Shown one piece after another: positions 48,644 through 61,800 of a DNA stretch of 64,000 bases. Origin of the DNA: Owenia fusiformis. Taxonomy: Eukaryota. Below the pieces are notes generated by a model, which saw only the letters and a program-made list of their open reading frames with translations, was not told the DNA's origin and ran no database searches. The translations under genes and the position numbers were made by a program. The stretch's first letter is position 1; the number at the start of each line of letters is the position of its first letter. The stretch is from assembly GCA_903813345.2 (NCBI GenBank), contig CAIIXF020000001.1, positions 44,082,001 through 44,146,000 of the forward strand, written 5' to 3'.

Positions 48644-49863
48644 TTAAACGAGCGATTCGACGAAACAATTCTTATTTCTCTATCGTTAAAAGTGAGACCT
48701 TTAATATCCCATTTGAAGACAAAAAGTATATTTGTGTTAAAGCTATTGTCATTGTATTACTGAAGCTTGTCCTTCACAATAAATAATATACAACAATAAC
48801 ATATCAAATAAGAATAAAAAGACTAGTAGTGAAGATAATATTGGAATGAAATGGCACTTAAACCTGAATCTTTTGATAGAAAACTATAAAGCAAAACAGA
48901 AGGTATGACATTTGTTAAATATCTATCAAATGACTTTTGTAAAAGAAATTATATTTCAAATCGGTAATATTGAAAGAAAGTTTTTCAAGCTTCACCCTCC
49001 AATGGAGGTTGCTTTGTAAATATATTTTAACTGTATGTACAGTATCTACACTGGTTGTATGATAGTTTACACACAGTACTGGGCAAAACACAAATGGCAG
49101 ATAATATCAACAGAAACTACATTTTCATTTTTAAAAATAATTATTATTACATACAGCAATAAATTGTAAATCATATATATGTACAGGGTATTTAGTTACA
49201 TATTTTTAAAAATAATATCACATCATACTGTAGTGTAACAACTTCACAATTGTAAATATTTTAGACATTTTTTTCATGGACGGAATTATAATAAAAATGC
49301 ATTGATGAAAAAGCATCACAGAGTGCATTTTTATATTCTTGGACGAAAATATAATAAAATGCATGGATACAATAACATTGTAGAGAGGACGGATATTTAT
49401 AAAATGCTTTTTACAACATTTGTAATGTTAGCAGAAATTTGATATTAAATATAAATAATTAAATGTATAGGAATAGCCCTATATTCAGTTCTATAAAGGC
49501 TGCTTTTGTCAAAATATTTGTTAAATTAATTAAACAAAATATTTTAACATATTATAGAAATGAGATATTTCCTTCAATAATGTAGGACAAGCACAACAAA
49601 TATTCTCACTTATTAACTTTTTACACACAGGCTTCCATACTGACATTATGGTTAAAGACAGGTACAAAAGTGATCCCACTTCAAAACATAAATTCCAAAA
49701 CAGGAAAAAATCTCTATTCTACATGACTTGCTTAATAATATATCACAGTTCAGATATTTTTTACTTTACTGAGCAGCTTTTTCATTTTCAACGTTTCATA
49801 AATATGTCCAATCATTTTGGGGGTTATTTTGTTAGCTACTGTTCAGTGTCTCTTGGTCTTATA

Positions 49864-52800
49864 TTATTCTCCTGTCTTATGGCTTGTAGCATCAACATTT
49901 TCTGTGTTCTGTTTAATGATAGAATTCACATCCTGAAATGATAATAACAAACAATGTAAAAAGACTCAAGTGTAATACAAATAGCAATTCAAATATCCAC
50001 CTAATAAATATCAGTTCTGGAGAAAATCAATACAAAGTTGCCTTGTATGAATATATGAATTTTATTTAATTTTTTAACTTTGATACATGTCAAGAACAAT
50101 AGTTAACTTACAGGCAGCTTATAGCGGGCACAGTTTGCAACAATATCTTGTATTATAGGGTGCTCTAGGAGTGTTGTATAGCATACAGGTTCTAGATTGT
50201 CCTGGCCCAACTCCTGGTATACCCCAGCAAGGCGATCATAAGACAGCACATCATCAGGATCAGACGACACTGTAAACCTACTACTCTCACTCTTTTTCAT
50301 GTCCCCATGATGGAGGGCCTGAAAATTAACAAAAATGAACAAGATATTTTAGATCTACTATGGGTCACATACATGTATAATATAAACCTTGACATTAAAT
50401 TAGAAATCATTCCGGCAACAATTTTTTTTATACATGATATTAAGACAAAATATTCAATTTTAATACAGAATTTCATTCATGAATTAATTACCGACATTAA
50501 ATTGCCATAATTTAAAAAAAACAATGATTTGTATCTTGCTCCAAAAAAGCTTTATTTTGTTATATTTATATTAATATGAACAAATAACATAAATTAGATT
50601 GCTACAATTTTATTTTTGATGTGAGTTGTATTTATATTAGGCAATTTAAGCAGGAATCTTACTTTGACAAGTGCTATAAGTGGAACCTTTTCCTTGATAG
50701 CGCCAGGGGGTATGTCTATGGGGAGGTCAAGCTGGGGTGGTATCTTTGGTGCTGGTGGCTTCTCCACAGGTTCTCCATCTTCACCAACAAGCTCACTGAA
50801 ATACACATTCAAAAACTATGGGTTTCTATTGGTTGAATTATTGACATGCCTGTGGCTTTATCTTCTGACTTATCAGGAGAATGCAAAAAGTACTTATCAT
50901 TAATTGAACAAACAACTTATACAGTTTTTCATTTTAATATAGTTAATCATTTTTATTATCATCATAGACATACTAATTGTATCAAAAAGAATTTTAAGAA
51001 TCTAAAAAATCTGCATTTTTGAAAATCCTATTTCTCTGCGATGAAAAGGATGTGGTGAACATTTTGAATTACACAAATAAACTCAATTCATGCCCTTAAA
51101 ATTGCAATATTATCATTTCAAAATGATCAACATTGAACATCTACTGATCTAAAAATTATGACGTTTACATTTTTTGGCAAATAAAGTAATTACATACTAA
51201 AAAAGGTTAACAGAACAGGAAAAATCATAATTTTTAGCTGAGGACTAATTTCATTGTTCAAGCGAATAAATGATCTTTGCTTTGCTTTGAATTGATCCAG
51301 GCCAACCAGGATTCAGATTTACATTTAAGTCCCTGGCTGAATCATTCACACTGGGATAAAAATCATTTTCAGATAAATATTGAGTTGAATCAAAGTGCTG
51401 TCAATGAAAATATAAGAGTTTTTTTAAGAACCAATTAATTCAAGATGAACTGATCTTGTAAGTTATTTTAGTTCAAAAAACTGCGATAAATTCAATTATT
51501 TGACATGTTGAGTTCAAGTAGGTACAGGACAACTTAGAGACTTTGTTACAAGTTACACAATTCTCCCGATCGTGCAATGAGATAAGTCATGAATCAAAGC
51601 TAGAAAATGACCCTATTGCAATACTGATTCCTGTGTGTCGTGCAGACAATCACTTCCAGCTTACTTTATTTTGTATTTTGCAATTGGGGGCTGGCTTGAC
51701 CTCTTATATATTTATACTCGCAATATCTTTCATCTTAACCTCAGCAGTAGATAAGGCAGTCTGGTTAATACGATGGTACCGTTTTCAAGACATTGATTTT
51801 GCAGGTCTAAAAGAGAACTGCATCTACATTCTTCAAACAATTTGATCTAGTCTAGTGGATACTGCACCCATATTTGAATATTACCTGCTGATACTAGGTC
51901 TTCTTGGGATCATTTTCTCCACACGAGGCATGTGATGCCCCGAGGCAATACTGAGGCAGCGTAAGAATCCTTCATATTCATCAGGTGCAGCAGCGAAATA
52001 CATCAACTGAAATAATATTATGCAATGAAATACATCAACTGAAATAAAATTATTCAATGAAATACATAAACTTCACTCATCCTCAAAACTCAATTTCATC
52101 CACTTTGCAGAATAGTATTGGTCAGACCGTGGGCATTCTATTGAAAGTCAGATAACCTGAGAGATTAAGAGCTGAAATTTGTTTGTTTTTCATAATTGCT
52201 TTTATCATTGTTACAGTATCGTAACATTGTAAAATAAACATTGTAAAAGCCAATTGAATTGTACAAATTGTAATTTACTTTGTTTTAGATGACTTCTTTA
52301 TGAGTCTCATACTAAAACAATCCCCTGAGGCGATATGATAACATGAACCAAACCACGTACAACAAATGAGTCTTTAATCTATATTGGCATCTTTGCCAAC
52401 AAAGCCTTAATTTGCTGAGAAAAGAAGTTCAACATTTTTCTGGGATACTCCCAAGTATTTGTAATTTGCCAACAGATGCATTTGTTTTTGACATAAAAAT
52501 CTCAATACTACATATATTTTCAGTTAACTTTGACCTGGGGGTAAATATCGGATACAGGGAGTGAAGACAAAATTATATTTGCCCTGCCTTAGAAGGCTGC
52601 ATGTATTTCAAGGGCAAATATATGATTTAAATGACAGACTGTCTATGTCATGCACTCTGTTAACTTAGGACCCATGCAGCAAGATTTGACCCTGGATCTT
52701 GACCATGTTTACACCACAACTGCACTTGACTTGAACCTGAGTATTATAATGTCAAGGTATTGAGTTCATAAAAAATGAAACACTGTTGTTAAAAATACAG

Positions 52801-55800
52801 TATGCACACATGTACAGTGCAAATGTGGTGGTTTTGACAACAGGCTGCAATATTTATGGTGGTTCTGCTATCGTTAACTTATCATTAAGAGCAATGCAGT
52901 TTTGCTGCATCATTGCTTATACTTTTGATATTTAAATCAATGTATTATAGAGAAGCTGTTACCTCACTCAGAACTCTGCAATATTTTCAATTAAGCATTA
53001 AATTACACCCATGATATACATGTACAATTGTACATAGCATCACATAATACATACCATATTAACATAGTCCAGCTGGGGTGGCTCACTGTCGTGCTCAGCA
53101 AAAATGTCAAAGAATGCAGCCTTAAGGTAAAAAAGTCTGTCATAGGCCGGCTCAGTGTCAGACCTTGCAGCATCTTTGCTACCAAACCACAATGGAACCT
53201 GAAAAATGACATACATGTAACAAAAAAATGTTCATGCTCTGCAGTACATATTGTTCCCAGGATGAGGGAGCATTTATACTACAGTATGTTTTTGACTGAA
53301 TGTTAAAAAATATATACAGTATACTGCACTAATATATGTTTATCATCATGAACAAGAATATTCATCCTCCAATCACAGGGCTTAAATATCCAGAATATAT
53401 TCTTTCTTTTTACCCCCTGCGATAAGCAGTTACCATTTCCCCGATTAAGAACTCGCAATCTGATTGGCTGTTGCTACACTGTGACAGAAATCATGTACAA
53501 GTCATCGCGCATAATTAGATCACATCACATGATTCAGTTAAATCGGGCGCTTCCAAATTGTTTATAGCAGGGGAAAGAAGGAGGTACAGATTCTGAACAC
53601 AGTACCTGCTTAGGAGGATGAAGAATATTATGATCTAAAATAATCTTGAACAATAAGTGCATTTCTCCTACCTCATTGTACTGTTCCCTGGTGATGTATC
53701 CAGTCTCCCTCTGGTCCATCTCCTGACACTTGGCGAGAGCATCTAGCAGGTCAGTCTGTGTGGCAGTGGGCCATGGCTGGGCACATGCTAGCAACAACTT
53801 CCTCCAGTCTATGTATTCACCATCTAAAATACGTTTTATGTAACTGATTATATCTTAATGATATCAAATGGATCTTTCATGTGGGTTTCAAAGTAAAATG
53901 AAACAGTTTCATAGGATATAGCATTGATGAAAGAACTTAATTTAAAGAGTGTGGGCAAACTGGCTCAGTGGTAGAAAATCAGGAATTTTAGTATTGCATC
54001 AAGACTCTTGAACTCTCCCAAACATATACCTCACATCATCGAGAAAAGCTGAAGTATATTTAGGAGGGGGGGGGGGGGGGGTTACAAGGGCTTGATGAGG
54101 GCTTGTAATTCACCAAAATTTTGAGAATTATAACCTATCCATTTACCTGTTGATAGGACGGTAGCAAGATCTGACATCTGTTGGGTAGAGATTCCCTTCC
54201 AGACCTCAGGTAGTGTCTCCAGCCCATGGGTCAGGGCAGTCATATCCTGGATGGTGTCTATGAAACCCTTGGTGGATATAACGCCACTCGGTGCTATCTC
54301 CATGAACTGAAATGTTAAAAGACATGTCTTGAAATACATTGGTTGAAATGTTGGAGGAAATAGTGAATCCATTAATTAGAAGAAACAGGGATTTCATCAC
54401 TTGTATTGGACTGCATTTTTTAGCATGATTAATAGCAAAATCGTCAGACTTTGGAGAGTACAATGTAGCATGCCTCACTGAATACATTATTTAATAAATA
54501 TAGCTGCTTTGTTATTCAACCAAATCAATTAATTTTCCACAACTGTAGATGTTTCAAAACGTTCCCATAGAAATGAGTGAATTATTGCCTCACCTGTGTA
54601 AACATGTTGACTAACTATTGTCTGACCTGTGTAAACATGTTGACTAACTATTGTCTTAACTGTGTAAACATGTTGACTAATTATTGTCTCACCTGTGTAA
54701 ACATGTTGACTAACTATTGTCTCACCTGTGTAAACGTGTTGACTAACTATTGTCTCACCTGTGTAAACGTGTTGACTGACTATTGCCTCACCTGTGTAAA
54801 CGTGTTGACTGACTATTGTCTCATTTGTGTAAACATGTTGACTAACTATTGTCTCCCCTGTGTAAACGTGTTGACTAACTATTGTCTCACCTGTGTAAAC
54901 GAGTTGACTAACTATTGTCTCATTTGTGTAAACGTGTTGACTAACTATTGTCTCACCTGTGTAAACGTGTTGACTAACTATTGTCTCATTTGTGTAAACG
55001 TGTTGACTAACTATTGTCTCACTTGTGTAAACATGTTGACTAACTATTGTCTCACCTGTGTAAACATGTTGACTAACTATTGTCTTAACTGTGTAAACAT
55101 GTTGACTAGCTATTGTCTCATCTGTATAAACATGTTGACTAACTATTGTCTCAACTGTGTAAACGTGTTGACTAACTTTTGTTTCACTTGTTTAAACCTG
55201 TTAACTAACTATTGTCTCAACTGTGTAAACATGTTGACTAACTATTGTCTCACCTGTGTAAACATGTTGACTAACTATTGTCTCACCTGTGTAAACATGT
55301 TGACTAACTAGTGTAAACATGTTGACTAGCTATTGTCTCACCTGAGTAAACATGTTGACTAGCTATTGTCTCATCTATGTAAACATGTTGACTAACTATT
55401 GTCTCAACTGTGTAAACATGTTGACTAACTATTGTCTCACCTGTGTAAACATGTTGACTAACTATTGTCTCACCTGTGTAAACATGTTGACTAGCTATTG
55501 TCTTACCTGAGTAAACATGTTGACTAACTATTGTCTCAACTGTGTAAACATGTTGACTAACTATTGTCTGACCTGAGTAAATGTGTTGACTAACTATTGT
55601 CTCATTTGTGTAAACATGTTGATTAACTATTGTATAACCTGTATAAACATGTCGACTAACTATTGTCTTAACTATGTATTGTAAACATGTTGACCAACTA
55701 TTGTCTTACCTGTGTAAACATGTTCACTAACTGGTTGATAGTGAAGTATTCACTGGTGACAGCCTCTACAGGGGAAGGTGGTGGGCTTGGCGTCCTATTG

Positions 55801-58800
55801 GCCACAACTGCAACATCCTGCACAGCAAATATACAGTATTTACAACAATATAATAGAGAAGAATTAGAATCATAATGACACTGGGTGTCAGAGTTTGATT
55901 ATCTGAGATGTTTCATGTTTGAAGTATTGTATCAAGGTCTGGAAATAATTGTTTTACTTTTAAAAGGTGAATGGTAATAAAAGCATTTATCTTGAAACAA
56001 TGTATTACACTATTCTGTAAAGAGATCACAGGTTTTTTGTTATATTGTTTAATGTTTATAAATAAAATCAAACCCTACTTTTATTTTATCCCACTTTTAT
56101 GAATTAATATTTTCCTCAAACCAAATTAGAACTTCATTATTACAATTTGACCTCAAGGCAGTTAGACTAAAATGTTTTCAGGAAAGCATTAAACATAAAA
56201 TATATAATAATTATTTATTATACAAGTATTAAATAAGTAAAAGTATATATACATATAATTATGTGTGTACATTTTGGAATTATTATTAAGTACATGTATT
56301 TCCAAACATTGCAACTTTAGGGATATAAAAAGTGTCAAAGAATACAAGGTTTTTATACACCGAGGACTAGCTAGGGGAAATTGTGTCAAATTGAAAACCA
56401 AAAACAACATGCAAAATGTCACCACCTGCTATTTGTTACAGATGCTGAACACCACACTTGTGGTGGTGACATAATAATATTTTTTTCATTAACTTTTGAA
56501 CTTTTTTTGCCTATTTTTGTTTTGATTTCTTGCTCAACTCATGTTACCCTTCACATCTTTCTGTTTTGCAACTAGCACGATGCTCTGATGGAAGGAGTTA
56601 CAAATGTCATACATTGTGATTGTTAGCATATGTCTACATAATTGGCCAAGATACCCAGACACTAATTTAATGACTCGAAATTACATGAAGCATAGACTGA
56701 GACGAAAAAATCTCAATTTTGGTGAATTCTGAGACGCAGCTAGATTGATAAACAAGATATGTCATAGCATCTTAGGACTGAAAAGGGAGTTGATGAAATG
56801 GTTTATTATGATGAGGGGGTGAAAACTGTTAGTAAACCTAGTACCAGTTGGTTTAATCTATAAGGCATTAATGGTGCTCCATCTTGCGCTATCTGAAATG
56901 CAAGCGGTAATGTGTGTATGGCGGCAAATCTGAACAATGACTTGAAACATATACTATATTTTACCCACCAACAATGTGGATTCAAAACTAAAACACAAAT
57001 ATGTGTAAAAGGTGCACTAAAATATAGTACATAGCTCAAGACATTAATTCCTCTCTAATTGTGATGAAATTCTACTATGATCAACAATAATCTGTGAAGA
57101 AGTGAACTGACTCTTAAATGTTGTGCAAAGTTTCCATGCTTTTTATGTACCTCCTCCTCCTCATAAAAGATAATGTCCTGTAAAATAATATATCACAACA
57201 TTGTTAACATATCTCTATATTGTTAACATATCACTATTTTGGTAACATATCATGATACATATCTCTATATTGTTAGCCAGGGTCACATAACATATCAAAA
57301 TATATCACACACCATATATAACATAACATATCACAATATTGTATCCATACATCACAAATATAATATCACAATATTGTTATAGCTAGTCACATATATAACA
57401 CATAAGAATCCTGTAAAATAACATATTGTTAACACAAATATTGTTACAAATCACATATCACAATATTGTATCCATACATCACAAATATAATATCACAATA
57501 TTGTTAGCTAGTCACATACATATCACAATATTCCTTGCATATTAATGTTAACATCTCAACAACACACATGCAAAAAGAGAGGCTGTGTCTATTTCAAAGG
57601 AATTTTCCCTAATTTAGGTTCTGCCAGTACTTTGGTTTAAGCCTCTGTTACAATACATGTGTGAGATCATGTGCAATGTAACAAACAGGGGCCTGGAAAA
57701 TACTCATGTTAGTTTTGTATTCTCATATACATGTTCTGATAAGTTCTATTATACTTGTGAAATATATACAGTGTATCATACCTCATTGAGTAGGAAATCA
57801 CTCTGGAATATTTGCAGTTCATTCCTGATCTTATCCTGTGTCTCTATAGCATTTCTCATCACCTCAGACATAGTATCAATACTGAAACATTAGGAATATA
57901 TATGATTAATGAGGAATGTATATGATTAGTCAGGAATGTATATGATTAATCAGAAATGTATATGATTAATCAGGAATGCATATGATTATTCAGGAATGTA
58001 TATTATTAATCAGGAATGTATATGATTATTCAGGAATGTATATGATTAATCAGGAATGTATATGATTATTCAGGAATGTATATGATTAATGAGGAATTTA
58101 TATGATTAATCAACACAAAAGTATGAAAGAACCAGCTGAAGCATGTGCTACAACTCGAAATATGAACGAACTTATGGAAATGCAATATCAACCAATCAAA
58201 TCACACAAAATAAATGGCAACATTTGCAGAAAACATATATAGAGATTATCCTATATGAGGTTCAGGATATTGGGATTATCCCGAGGCTAATATAATATAT
58301 TTGCCCGAGGGCCGCAGGTCCCGAGGGAAAATATATTATATTGGCCAAGGGATAATCCCAATATCCTGAACCGACTATAGGATAATATGTTTATCCCATA
58401 CCAATCTTGGTCATCTGGTTCACATTGTTCAATCGTGGAAATATTTTAGAATATTCATGTCCAGTTTTGTTTTCTTGGCCGTGGGCGGATTTTCCTGTTC
58501 TCTCAAATATTCCCACATTTATTTTCTCAAATTATTTGATTGATTAAGTGGATGCTCCTTCCCTTTTTTAAACCATCAAACAGATCCCGATAGTCTGTGT
58601 TTTCTCCATTGTCGTTTACAGTCATTACGCGAACGTTACAAATTATGAACAAATATGCGAGCGGCGATTATGACGTAGCGGGCAGATATACTATATCTGC
58701 CCGCTCGGAGCGGGACGTAAAGCTATATCTGCCCGCTGATAAAAATATAAGATTTTACAAACCGGCTTTATGTACCTGTAACACGTCCAAGTATGGGATA

Positions 58801-61800
58801 AATACCTATATATACCTATATATACCTACCTATACTTGAGAAGTGTAATTTAGCCAAAGAAATAGATTATAATGACTAGAACTCACCTTTCCATTTCCTT
58901 TAGGAATCTTTGTCCTAACCAGTCATTCATTGTCTTATATGCATTGTCTGCCCTGTTCTTTAGGTCAGCCAGTACTCCCATAGCACGTATCTTAGTCAGT
59001 GTCATACGCACCTTGCAAGCTTCCTCTGCAATAACGACATTTCCAATACATGTACTATCGAGGCATTAACATGCAAAATGTCATAACATGCCATTTGTTA
59101 CATATACTATTTGTTACAGACACCATTTGTCAAACACCAACCACCGTAAACAACAAAAGTTAGAGGCTATAGCAATAACAAGTGGTGACATAATCAAACT
59201 GAAGAATTCATTTGGGTTCAATCATGAAACTTATTTCATGGCTCTCTGTAGTTAATATAATAGGATGGTTCCATATGAAAATCCCTGTTGCCTGCTGCAA
59301 ACAAAACCTCTAGATGTACTTGTATCAATATTGTACTTACGTTCCTCATGTATAGCAAAGAAGTACTCTTTACGTGCATTCTCTTTGAGCCTCTTCTTCT
59401 CCAGCTCCTCCTCACTCACCTCCTCTGATGCTGTAAGAAAAGTCAATTCATTAATATTCATTTTTTTAATTTTCCAAGTCGCAAAAATACAACTGGATTC
59501 ACATCCTTGGTCTGCCATTTCTCGATACATGTGTTTTCAAAAATGTTGTGCCTAAATAGAGATGAGATACTATTTAAATTAAGATCTAGAAGAAGCGTTT
59601 AAATTAACTTATAAATATTATCTTTAGCCAACAATTGTATGTTCTAAAGATTATGTTATCATTTTTAGTGACATAGATAGAAAAAGGAAACAAGTAAATA
59701 ATTACGTGGTTCAGGAGTAGGTTCGGGTTCACCAGCGCCATCTTTAGGCTTCCCTTTCTTAGGTGATGGACTCCTACTCTTCTTGCCTTTGCCCTTTTTC
59801 TTAGCAGCTAGAGCCAAGCGTTCCTTCTCTCTTTCCTTTTCTCTCTCCTTCTCTCTCTCTGCTTCCTCCTCAGCTTCCCTGGCTGCCTCCTCTGCAGCAA
59901 TCTACAACAGTAATTACACATCAAGCTCAATATTTAATCAATTTTGATAACTGCTAGACCATCCACCCACTTTTGTTAATGAAAAATGGTGCATTTGAAA
60001 ATGATTTTGTATGCTTTTTAGTTACGCTCCCACTAATTGAAAATAGATAGTGTTATGACAAAGGACATAAGAGGACCAGCAGATCTTATCATATGAGACC
60101 TAACCTTTTCAGTAAACATTATTTTAACCAACCTTGTTTCAGTATCCAAGAACAATTAGAAAGAAGAAAATACACTTCCAAAATAATTTTCCTACAATAT
60201 TTACACTCTGAATAGCTGAAAAAGTTAGGTCCCCAAAGATCATGATCTATAGCAGGTCATATAGATTAGCATGCATAAATACACTTAAATTCTATTGACA
60301 TGTGTTACAAAGTTCACATGCTAAGTTGTAGAATATATGTCAATCATTTCAAACTTCTAAAACGGGACATTTTAATATGTGCTGTGGCATATTTGGTATA
60401 AAGGAGAGCACATATATACTATACTAGTAATATGCAAAACTGGAATCCTGGAACAACTAACACAAAACACGAAATATTTTGCCTAATCTATGAAATAATA
60501 ATGAATGCTGTAACATGCCAAATAATAAGTCCACACAAAATGAAATAAAATATACAATGCAAATCATCTTGTATCTAGCCTCTAATAGCCTCATACTTTA
60601 ATAAACTTTGTGTATAAGGAGTGACCAGTGACTATTTTTCGATTATTGGGTTGAATTCTAAAAGTTTGTTTAACGACTTTGAATGACTTGAATGAAAACA
60701 AATGATGTTTTCATTTCTTCCATTGTTAATATTATTTTAAAATATAGCTTTTTGAATTTGCATATGTCATATAGTGTTTCCATCAAAATTATGTCATATC
60801 AATAATCATTCGCTGAGACACTGGTTTCATGTGAATCTCTAAATAAAAAAAGTTGTAATGAAACGTATAAGTAAAAGTAGAAATGTTACACAAACTTTTG
60901 AAATTCGAGCAAATTGCTGTGAAATAGTGACTGGTCAATCCTAAAACACAATTTGTTTGAAAAAACAAAGTCAAAATGATGCCAAACAAGGTAATGCTTG
61001 TTTCACACTTCATTTTTTCTCAATGTTTTCAATCCAAATATTTTTAAGTAGAACTCCTAGAGCTCTTGGCATTTCTATACAATATAGATTGAGGTTCCTT
61101 TCTATCCAATATAGATTGAGGTTCCTTTCTATAAAATATAGATTGAGGTTCCTTTCTATACAATATAGATTGAGGTTCCTTGTTAATGTTGCTCTATATT
61201 TCAGTGAAACAATCAGAACACTGTATGACATTTATAGACTGGTAAATCACATTTGGAAAATGACAGGTGGCTGATTAACAGATGTCTTCAACTTCGCATT
61301 TTCCAAATGTGACTTGCCATTTACTTGCAAATAAAATAATTTATTTCAACTATCCATAATTCTACTGATCACAGATTGTCATATGGGCTTCTTCATTTTG
61401 CATATACATAATATATTAATCTACAGAAGCGCTTATCATGCTTATATCTTATATACTTTATACCTCTTCTAGCTCATCAACCTGGATAGAAAGAAGCAAC
61501 ATGGTACATGACTGAGGCTTTGGAACAATACTTTGGAACAATATTTTTAATAATAAAGTACAATGTACTTTCATCAATGTTCCTGTGATGTTGAGTATTA
61601 GTATTATGCTGATAATATACACATAAGACCTAGTTTGGATGATATGGCACATATGATACTGAGTATCGGTAATTATGTAGAATTCAAATTGATGAAGAAT
61701 TCTATCTCTTTAACTAAATATAGAAAGTGAATATGAGCCCAATATGTGGGCCTAGTATTGGTTATAAACAGAAAATTATGAATGGGTAGATAGAAATGGA

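Noticed and set aside
51660..51806. Additional SPEF2 exon
   Set aside because: All three minus-strand frames hit stops, and the flanking exons already join in phase.
53955..54020. tRNA gene (TGGCTCAGTGGTAG A-box)
   Set aside because: No B-box or cloverleaf; at most a decayed tRNA-derived SINE head.
54577..55311. 244-aa ORF (MLTNYCLTCVN)n
   Set aside because: It is the stop-free frame of a 33-bp minisatellite antisense to a SPEF2 intron; there is no evidence of coding.
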